Positions 1-6,907 of a stretch of DNA of 32,000 bases are shown piece by piece. The notes under the pieces are model-generated. The model did no database searches. It was not told the origin of the DNA and saw only the letters and a list, made by a program, of their open reading frames with translations. The stretch spans positions 310,444 through 342,443 of the forward strand of contig PQXB01000001.1 in the NCBI GenBank assembly GCA_003194425.1, given 5' to 3'. Positions within the stretch are counted from its first letter, which is position 1; every line of letters begins with the position of its first letter. A program made the position numbers and the translations under genes. This stretch comes from Candidatus Methanophagaceae archaeon (lineage in GTDB: Archaea > Halobacteriota > Syntropharchaeia > Alkanophagales > Methanospirareceae).

Positions 1-136
1 GCTGGGGCTGCCGTCTGCTGTTGTAGAGGACGCGGGGCTGACCGAGGTCCCGCCGGGAACGGTGACTGCAGTTGGAATCGGTCCTGCGAGTGCCGAGGAA
101 ATCGACAAGGTTACGAAGGATTTGGAGTTGCTGTGA
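1..136 (+). CDS. pth2: Peptidyl-tRNA hydrolase Pth2, C-terminal fragment (5' end outside window)
   Basis: The frame starting at nt 2 reads [44 protein letters not shown], with stop TGA at 134-136. This matches the conserved C-terminus of archaeal/eukaryotic PTH2 as I recall it (DAG.T...PGT.T...IGP...IDKVTG.LKL). Confidence 0.6.
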   Translation, partial: LGLPSAVVEDAGLTEVPPGTVTAVGIGPASAEEIDKVTKDLELL

Positions 137-138
137 AA

Positions 139-183
139 TTCATAAAAAATAAAAAAAGAGGGAGAAGAAAATTCACTCCCTCT
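139..183 (-). terminator. Hairpin plus oligo-T terminator for the minus-strand adhesin gene (convergent with pth2)
   Basis: An 8-bp stem pairs agagggag (157-164) with ctccctct (176-183) around an 11-nt loop. On the minus strand it is followed by ctttttttatttttt. It lies immediately after the out-of-frame TGA at 176-174. Confidence 0.5.
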
Positions 184-360
184 TCCTCATCGCTACTGCA
201 AGCACAGCGCTCAAAACTCCGACCAAATAAAGCAGTCCTACAGCACTGAACTCCGGCACTGGCACTGGTGGCGGCGCTGCTGGTGGCGCACCCGGACCAC
301 CAGGGTCAACGATTTTTCCGTCTCCAACAGTCTTGTCCCCTCTCTTACCTTCAACAACTT
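174..360 (-). other. Out-of-frame (-1) continuation of the adhesin encoding a Pro-rich linker plus a PEF-CTERM-like sorting signal
   Basis: The minus strand in the alternative frame reads VVEGKRGDKTVGDGKIVDPGGPGAPPAAPPPVPVPEFSAVGLLYLVGVLSAVLAVAMRKRE*, with TGA at 176-174. The elements are PEF, a hydrophobic helix and a basic tail, which is the architecture of an archaeosortase substrate. Confidence 0.7.
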
Positions 361-3300
361 TCCGTCGTACATAAATTTGTACCAGTGGTCCGTTGGGTTG
401 CTTAGTGTGGGTCCGTATTTCCAGTATTCCGAGCCTGCAGGCAGGTCACCAGGCAGTTCGATCGTGACCTTCACTGTTTCTCCTACTGCAAGCCCGGCTA
501 TGTTGAATTTGAAGAACCCGTGCTTGAAGACGAGGTTCGGCTTTCCTGCTTTCTCTGTTGGCTCTGCAACCGCCACAAGATCCTCAAACCCTCCTGCGCT
601 GGTCTTAAACTTTGCAGTTCCCGTGCCTGTGTTTGTGTCTACCGAAGCCTCTGTTGGTGGTAGTGGTTTTGTTGTTCCTCCAAAGCCAAGCAGTGTTCCT
701 GTGTACTCGCTCTCTTGCAAATTCGCCCAGACGTAGTTCTCGGCGGTGTTAACGCCAGTGTTGCTGCACCTGTGCCACGCTCCGTCTGTGTTGTTGTAGT
801 AGTAAAATCCCATCGTGCTCTCGTCCTTTCCCGCTACCTCTGCGTCCGTGTAGTGCATCTCAACGTAAATCGGCCAGCTCACGTTCTCTTTGTCGCTGAC
901 TGCGACGTCAACGAATTTCTCAAGCATCTCTGCAGGCTTCTCTGCTTCCGGGTGCGGGTTCTCCTCGTAGTACGCCACGGTCGCCGTAACTTCTCCTGTT
1001 GTCGTAATTTCTACGGTTGTGCCCGATTCTGACGGACCCTCTACTGTCTCGGTCTCTCCTGCTGGAATCGTCTCGTTCTCGGTTGAGGTCGTTTTTGTGA
1101 TTGTGAAGACCGCGTCGCTCGTGTCCTCACCCGTGTTTCCTTCAACGTCCCGTGCCTCCACTTTTACGAGACTCTTGTTTGAGGTTGCAGCAGGGTTCGG
1201 CACTGTCCACGAATATTTTCCGTCGTTCGGCTCGTTCGTCGCGATTTCTGTCCAAGTGCCTGGGTTTCCGTTGTTCGTTGAGTACGAGATGTTTATCGGG
1301 TTCGCTGCCAAGTTGTGCGTTCCTTTCGCCACGCTCCATTTTATGTCGTAGACCGAGTCGCCGGGAATCTCCTCGCCTCCGTCTGGCTGCGTTACTGTCG
1401 GTGCTGGCGGCACTTCTGGAACTGTTCCAAGCGGAGCGAAGACGCAGAACTCGGTGATGTTTGCGTAAACGTAGTTTTCAGCCGTGTTCACGCCGTTTAC
1501 TCCCGAGCCGTCCGCCAGCTCCCAGTCCGCGGTGGTTTCGTTGTACTTGTAAATTCTGAGTGTCGCTTCGTCAACGCCGCCCAAGTCGCCCTCCTCGTAA
1601 CTCACGTTCAAGAAAATCCACGAGTCCCCGGTCACGTTCGTTGCGTTCACGAACTTACTGATGTTTGCCTTTCCTGCAGGGTCTGGCGGTGCAGTTCCCG
1701 TTTCCACGCCTTTCACCCCCACTCCGTTCTCGTAGTTGAACGAGACGGTTGTCGAGTAGCTGCGAAGGGCGAGGTTTTTTACGGTGTTGTTCTGCGAGCG
1801 GTTGCCTGAGTAGAAGCTGTAGTTGGTGTTGTTTGCGGCGGTGTTGTCAGTCAGCGTGTTGTTGGAATTCCCTACCTCTTCCCAGTCAGGGAACATGCAA
1901 ATCAGTGCGAATCCTTTGTCGGTGTTGTTGCAGGCTCGGTTCTCCGAGAGCGTGTTGTAGTCGCAGGCGTCGTTGAGCAGAATTCCGACCTTGTTCGCTT
2001 CTGCGGTGTTGTTTGTTACGGCGTTGTGCGAGGCGTTGTGGTCAAGGAAAATCCCGACGCCCTCGCCCGTGTTTTCACGCACGCAGTTGTCTTTTATCGT
2101 GTTGTGCGTGCAGTTCATTCCCAGGTAAATTCCGTTGTCGGCGTTGGAGCAGACGGTGTTGTTGTTTAGGTCGTTGTAGTGGCACTCGTCCCAGACTAAA
2201 AGTGCTGCCCACAAGCCAGTGTTTTGGCTAATGTTGTTGTAGCTGAGCGTGTTGTTGCTTGAAGAGAAGAGTTCGATTCCGTGCGCGTTGTTCTTGTTTG
2301 CGGTGTTGTTTGTGAGGTTGTTGTCGACCGAAGATTCAAGGTAAATTCCGCAGTTGGTGTTGTTCGAGGCGTTGTTGTTCGCGACGGTGCAGTTGTCCTC
2401 GAAGATTAAAGCGATTCCGTCGCCGAAGTTGTCGGTTGCGGTGTTGTCCGAGATTGTGTTGAAGCTCTCGCCACAACCCATAACTTGTATTCCTCCGTCC
2501 CAATTTTCTGTTGCGGTGTTTTCTGTAATTTTGTTGTTGCTCGAGTCAGACACTTGGACGCCCTGTTCTGAATTACCTTTTGCCTCGTTCCCGCTTACCT
2601 CGTTGTTGTCTGAGCCCAGCAAATTAACGCCAGAAGCCGGCTGCGGCATTATCGCAGACGTAACACCAGCCCAACTACCAGCCCAACTACCAGCCCAAAG
2701 ACCACCAACCCTTTCAACAACATCTCCGTTGTCGTTGCAAATATTGTCGGTGACGCTGTTCTCGAACGAGCCGAACAGACTAATGCCAGACCCCCAGTTG
2801 CTCGAGGCGTTGTTGTTCGCGACGGTGCAGTTGTCCTCGTTTATCAAAGTTATTCCATCGCCGAAGTTGTTGGTTGCGTTGTTGTTGGAGATGTTGTTGT
2901 GGCTCGAAAGTAGCACCTCTTCAACCTCAACGCAAATTCCTGACCCTCCGCTGCCTGGATACATTCCTGTCTCTGACGCGGTGTTTTCTACGATCTCGTT
3001 GTGGCTCGAGGACTGCACATAAATTCCGTAACCGCACTCTATGGCGTTCCTCAGCACTGTGTTTCCTGTAACTTGGTTGTAGTCTGAAGAGTTTTGCAGC
3101 CAAATGCCGTGGTAGTAATTTCCAGTTACAATGTTGTCCGCGATTTTGTTGTAGGTTGAGGGGTCGAGGTGAATTCCCGGTCCGTTGCTCGATGCGTTGT
3201 TTCCTGTAATCCTGTTGTTGTGTGAGTCCTCCAGGAAAATGCCTCCAGAGTCCCAGCCCCAGTTCTCAATTGCGTCGTTGCCCGAGATTTCGTTGTCGTT

Positions 3301-3999
3301 GGAATTCTGAAGGTGGATTCCGCTCTCGCCGTTGTTGTTCGCGGTGTTGCCTGTGATCGTGTTATTGTTTGAAGACTCCAGGCAGATGCCGCAGTAGTTT
3401 CCGGTCAGGGTGTTGCCGAGAATTGTGTTGTTGTTGGTGTTGGCGAGGAAAATGCCGTCGAAGTTCGTTGAGATGTTGTTGTAGGAGAAGTTGCAGTGAC
3501 TACCCGCTCCCTCGTGGGAAATCCCTGCTGCGTCGTCAGTCGCTCCTGTAATTGAGAGTCCCGTGAGGTTCACGAAGTTTGCGGTTACGTTGAAGACGTG
3601 GCTTGTTTCTACCGCTGCGTTAACAATGCAGTTCGCAGTGCCGTTCTCGGACCGAATTGTTAGTCGCTGCTTGTTTACGACCACGTTCTCGTTGTAGGAG
3701 CCGTCCTTGACGCAGACGGTCTCGCCTTCGGCTGCGTTGTCCTCCGCGGCTTGAATTGGCGTGCCGCTGCCGTTAAACACGCTGCTGTGTCGCCACCAGC
3801 CTGTCTCGTTCACGCAAATGTCCCCGCAGGTACAGGGCAATGCACTCGCTACTCCCGCGGTTGCAAAAAGGGCAAGGGTAAAAAACAAACCCGCCAGCCC
3901 CGCCGCGGTTAAAACTCTCGTTCCTGCTCTGTTTTGAGTTGTGCTTTTTGATTTTGTTTTATTTTCGGTTTTTGATTTTGCTTTCTCTTTTGTGTTCAT
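238..3999 (-). CDS. Large secreted cell-surface protein with parallel beta-helix (PbH1/NosD-like) repeats; the C-terminus is apparently frameshifted
   Basis: 1253-aa ORF with SD GGAGGTGA upstream of ATG 3999. The N-terminus has a basic stretch plus a hydrophobic helix ending ..GVASA. Dozens of degenerate N/G/T-rich units follow (e.g. NNTITGNTANNNGESGIHLQNS), typical of right-handed beta-helix repeats. The C-terminal half has an Ig-like segment and two modules ending GVNTAENYV(Y/W)AN. The last ~45 aa of this frame look like non-protein sequence (see the 174..360 feature). Confidence 0.85.
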   Translation of the reverse strand: MNTKEKAKSKTENKTKSKSTTQNRAGTRVLTAAGLAGLFFTLALFATAGVASALPCTCGDICVNETGWWRHSSVFNGSGTPIQAAEDNAAEGETVCVKDGSYNENVVVNKQRLTIRSENGTANCIVNAAVETSHVFNVTANFVNLTGLSITGATDDAAGISHEGAGSHCNFSYNNISTNFDGIFLANTNNNTILGNTLTGNYCGICLESSNNNTITGNTANNNGESGIHLQNSNDNEISGNDAIENWGWDSGGIFLEDSHNNRITGNNASSNGPGIHLDPSTYNKIADNIVTGNYYHGIWLQNSSDYNQVTGNTVLRNAIECGYGIYVQSSSHNEIVENTASETGMYPGSGGSGICVEVEEVLLSSHNNISNNNATNNFGDGITLINEDNCTVANNNASSNWGSGISLFGSFENSVTDNICNDNGDVVERVGGLWAGSWAGSWAGVTSAIMPQPASGVNLLGSDNNEVSGNEAKGNSEQGVQVSDSSNNKITENTATENWDGGIQVMGCGESFNTISDNTATDNFGDGIALIFEDNCTVANNNASNNTNCGIYLESSVDNNLTNNTANKNNAHGIELFSSSNNTLSYNNISQNTGLWAALLVWDECHYNDLNNNTVCSNADNGIYLGMNCTHNTIKDNCVRENTGEGVGIFLDHNASHNAVTNNTAEANKVGILLNDACDYNTLSENRACNNTDKGFALICMFPDWEEVGNSNNTLTDNTAANNTNYSFYSGNRSQNNTVKNLALRSYSTTVSFNYENGVGVKGVETGTAPPDPAGKANISKFVNATNVTGDSWIFLNVSYEEGDLGGVDEATLRIYKYNETTADWELADGSGVNGVNTAENYVYANITEFCVFAPLGTVPEVPPAPTVTQPDGGEEIPGDSVYDIKWSVAKGTHNLAANPINISYSTNNGNPGTWTEIATNEPNDGKYSWTVPNPAATSNKSLVKVEARDVEGNTGEDTSDAVFTITKTTSTENETIPAGETETVEGPSESGTTVEITTTGEVTATVAYYEENPHPEAEKPAEMLEKFVDVAVSDKENVSWPIYVEMHYTDAEVAGKDESTMGFYYYNNTDGAWHRCSNTGVNTAENYVWANLQESEYTGTLLGFGGTTKPLPPTEASVDTNTGTGTAKFKTSAGGFEDLVAVAEPTEKAGKPNLVFKHGFFKFNIAGLAVGETVKVTIELPGDLPAGSEYWKYGPTLSNPTDHWYKFMYDGKLLKVREGTRLLETEKSLTLVVRVRHQQRRHQCQCRSSVL

Positions 4000-4025
4000 T
4001 TTTTATTTCACCTCCTAATTTTTTA

Positions 4026-4061
4026 CTTCGCGGGGAACCGTCTCTTCGCGGGGAACCGTCT
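4026..4061. repeat. Perfect 18-bp tandem duplication (cttcgcggggaaccgtct x2) in the adhesin 5' leader
   Basis: Direct reading: 4026-4043 equals 4044-4061. The pair lies 27 nt upstream of the adhesin start on the minus strand. Confidence 0.95.
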
Positions 4062-4334
4062 TCTTGAGTTTAACTTGTGTTTGGTTTGACTTGTTGCTTT
4101 CTTTTTCTTCTCCCCCTCTTCGCTTCGCCTGCGCGATTTTTTCTCTCCTGCTAACTCACTTGACTTCTCACTTGTTCCCTTTTACCCTATTTTTATTACT
4201 TCCATAAATACCTTCTTACCAAATCAAACACGAGTATAAAAAAGTTTCTAAATTTTCGCCCTCGCCGCTGCCTGCCCTCGCGAAAACACTGCACTCGTGG
4301 TGTGTCTCGGTTACTTTTACGCCGCGCGCTCTTC

Positions 4335-5201
4335 CTACAAAAAGTTCTCTCTTATTTCACCCGCTTTCTCAATCCCGAGCTCGACCATTTCAAGCACCTC
4401 GTCCTCCTTCAGCCCACCGCTCCCGCTCTTCTGCATTCCTGACAGGCTGCCGTCCGCGTTTGAAATTACCGTTAACTTTGTCGTGGCTGCGTTCTCCTCG
4501 TTAACATTCGGGTCTACCAAAATCTTCCCCTCGATTTTCGCTGTCGTTACCGCTACTGGCGTCTCCCGAATCGGCAGTCTGCTGCTCTCTCGCCCTTCCT
4601 CTTCTTCCCCTTCTCCTGCAGGAGCGGGCAAGCCCCACTTCTCGAAGGGTATTCTGGCGTTCAGAAGGGCAGAAATCGCACCCAACGCAGCCGCGTCCAC
4701 CAAGTTCCCGCCGTTGTCCAAAATATGAATGTCGATAAAAACAATCCAGACCTTCTCGCCTTCTTCAATGCAGAGTCTCTCCAAGTCAATCGCTTCCGAG
4801 CCACGAATCCCGCGGTCCACTACCCTCGCCAACTGCACGCTGTCTTCCCTCGGCGGTCCCGACTCAAACTCGGGCGACGCCAGCGGAACAAGCTCCGCGT
4901 TCGTTATTATTACACCCTTGTTTGGCGTGTCTGGAAACGGCGCACCAACATCGAGCTTCACGCCAACTAAAACATCAGAATCCCCGATTTTCACCCTCGC
5001 CGACCCCTCTGCTCTCTCCGCTACTCCTCGCTCCACGCTTATTTCCCGAAACTCGCGAAATCCCCTGCCGTCTTCTCTCTTCCCGCTTGCTACTAAATTA
5101 GCCACATAATTCTGCTTTATTTCATCCATAATCTCAAGTCCCATTTTTATTCCCCCCTTTTTCGCTTTTACTACCGCTGTTGCTGCTGCTGAATCGCTCA
5201 A
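4335..5201 (-). CDS. rrp42: Exosome complex subunit Rrp42 (RNase PH-like, non-catalytic)
   Basis: Motifs [21 protein letters not shown]...[19 protein letters not shown] and the gene's position after rrp41. The true start may be an internal Met (5144 or 5129), because the annotated start overlaps rrp41 by 68 nt. There is an acidic insert [10 protein letters not shown]. Confidence 0.85.
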   Translation of the reverse strand: MSDSAAATAVVKAKKGGIKMGLEIMDEIKQNYVANLVASGKREDGRGFREFREISVERGVAERAEGSARVKIGDSDVLVGVKLDVGAPFPDTPNKGVIITNAELVPLASPEFESGPPREDSVQLARVVDRGIRGSEAIDLERLCIEEGEKVWIVFIDIHILDNGGNLVDAAALGAISALLNARIPFEKWGLPAPAGEGEEEEGRESSRLPIRETPVAVTTAKIEGKILVDPNVNEENAATTKLTVISNADGSLSGMQKSGSGGLKEDEVLEMVELGIEKAGEIRENFL

Positions 5202-5928
5202 TTAACGCTGCTCGCTGCAACTCGTAAATCTGACGGCACGCGCCCATCGCGAGTTTCAGCCCACGCCCAAACTCCTCGGCAGTCAGGTGACCGTCCATTT
5301 GGAGCAGTGTAATCGTGTTCGTCCTCGCGACCATCGCGATCGGCATATCCGCCTCGCCGTGGTTGTCTTCTGTCCCATTCAAATCCAAGACCACCTGCCC
5401 GTCTATTTTGCCAACCGCGACCGAAGAGACCAAATCTTTCATCGGAATCCCCGCGTCCGCGAGTGCGACCGACGCTGCGTTTATCCCCGCTGTCCTCGTC
5501 CCCGCGTCGGACTGCAGAATCTCGACATAAACTTCTATCGCAGCCTTCGGGTAGAACTCCCGCATAATTACAGGCTCAAACGCCTCTCTGCTCACTTTTG
5601 AGACCTCTACGCTCCTCCGGTCCGGTCCAGGTCGTTTCCTGTCGTCCACCGAGAACGGTGCCATATTGTAGCGGAACTTTACCACCGCCATCTTCGCGTC
5701 TTGAGCGTGCCTCGGGTGCATTTCCTTCGGACCGTAGACCGCAGCAATCACCTTGTTCTCGCCCAACTCAAAGTAGCACGACCCGTCCGCCCGTTTTAAG
5801 ACGCCAACTTCAATTTTTATCGGTCTGAGCTCTTCAAAACCCCGACCGTCCAACCTCTTCCCGTCTTTTATGAGTTCTCTTTTTTCTACCGCTTCCTCTT
5901 CCTTTTCTCTTTCTTCGTTCATTTTCAC
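5134..5928 (-). CDS. rrp41: Exosome complex exonuclease Rrp41 (RNase PH-like, catalytic)
   Basis: [48 protein letters not shown] is the classic Rrp41/RNase PH N-terminal signature. The gene order is rrp4-rrp41-rrp42. Confidence 0.9.
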   Translation of the reverse strand: MKMNEEREKEEEAVEKRELIKDGKRLDGRGFEELRPIKIEVGVLKRADGSCYFELGENKVIAAVYGPKEMHPRHAQDAKMAVVKFRYNMAPFSVDDRKRPGPDRRSVEVSKVSREAFEPVIMREFYPKAAIEVYVEILQSDAGTRTAGINAASVALADAGIPMKDLVSSVAVGKIDGQVVLDLNGTEDNHGEADMPIAMVARTNTITLLQMDGHLTAEEFGRGLKLAMGACRQIYELQRAALIERFSSSNSGSKSEKGGNKNGT

Positions 5929-5938
5929 TTCTCTAATT

Positions 5939-6907
5939 TCATTTATTCCCTCTAAAAGGCTCTAAAAAATCCGCTATTCTGTCGGTTAAACCCGCGGTGT
6001 GTGCCTCGCTCACGATTTTTGAAATCACCTCTGACACGAGGTTCATATTTTCTTCACTCCCTTTTATCCAAATGCGTCCGTTCTCCGCGATGAAAATAGA
6101 GCAGTTGCACTTCTCCTTCAGCATCCTAACCATCGAACCGCTCCTGCCGATGACGCGTGGCACTTTAGTGTGTGAAATTTCCAACAACCTCCCGCCACCG
6201 CTGCCACCTCCACTCCCGCGTCCAATCTTGAAATCCTCTTCTAACGCCAAATCCACCCGCATTAGCGCATCTACTTTCGCTACCTTCGCCACGATTAAAT
6301 CGTCTAAATCTAAATATTTCTTCATATCGCCAAATTCGATCCGCTCCTCCCTCGCCCCTCGCCCTCTCGCTGCACTTTCTCTCGTCCCGCTCCCTCTCGC
6401 TGCACTTTCTCTCGTCCCGCTCCCTCTCGCTGCACTTTCTCTCGTCCCGCTCCCTCTCGCTGCACTCACTCTCATCCCGCTCCCTCTTGCCCCTCCTTCT
6501 CTTCTGCCCCTTCCTCTAGCGTTAGAACCAGCACCTCTCCCAGCACCTGCAAATTCAGAGCTGTGCAGCCGAGCCTCGTAAGGAGAGGCAATGTCAACAA
6601 TCCAATACGGAAAAGAAATCTCAACCACTTTTCCTATTACAACATCCCCCTGCGTCGGCACGTACTTCCCTGAAAGTGCCATCACTTTTATCTCGCCTTT
6701 CTCGTTCAGCACGCCGTACCGCGACGCGTAGACCTTACCGTCCTCAACGTAAGTCCCCTCGCCTGCACGACCCGTCTCTTCGGAGAGCAAATCCCCAGGA
6801 ACTGCGATTTTGTACATTTGTGAATAAAAATTAATCGCACAGCAATAAATAAGCCTTTCGTAATTCCGCTCCACCTTTTCGTTTGCAGAAAATTCATCCA
6901 ACCTCAT
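5939..6907 (-). CDS. rrp4: Exosome RNA-binding cap subunit Rrp4 (S1 + KH) with an Arg/Gly-rich repeat insertion
   Basis: S1 region: [35 protein letters not shown] region: [38 protein letters not shown]. By homology the start is probably [11 protein letters not shown] at 6817. The annotated ATG 6907 overlaps the hef stop as ATGA. Confidence 0.85.
   Translation of the reverse strand: MRLDEFSANEKVERNYERLIYCCAINFYSQMYKIAVPGDLLSEETGRAGEGTYVEDGKVYASRYGVLNEKGEIKVMALSGKYVPTQGDVVIGKVVEISFPYWIVDIASPYEARLHSSEFAGAGRGAGSNARGRGRREGGARGSGMRVSAARGSGTRESAARGSGTRESAARGSGTRESAARGRGAREERIEFGDMKKYLDLDDLIVAKVAKVDALMRVDLALEEDFKIGRGSGGGSGGGRLLEISHTKVPRVIGRSGSMVRMLKEKCNCSIFIAENGRIWIKGSEENMNLVSEVISKIVSEAHTAGLTDRIADFLEPFRGNK
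6361..6480. repeat. Four tandem copies of a 30-bp in-frame repeat inside rrp4 ([10 protein letters not shown] units)
   Basis: tccctctcgctgcactttctctcgtcccgc occurs at 6391-6420 and 6421-6450 (identical). A copy with 1 mismatch lies at 6361-6390 and a diverged copy at 6451-6480. Confidence 0.95.

Noticed and set aside
6361-6480. Possibility that the regular 30-bp repeats (and the other tandem arrays at 9796-9870, 28672-28713 and 30669-30731) are CRISPR arrays
   Set aside because: The units are directly abutting, with no unique spacers, and most lie in frame inside coding sequence. No cas genes are present.
5997-6581. 194-aa plus-strand ORF with [10 protein letters not shown] repeats
   Set aside because: It is the antisense reading of the rrp4 30-bp repeat array. 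Its periodicity is inherited from the real gene.
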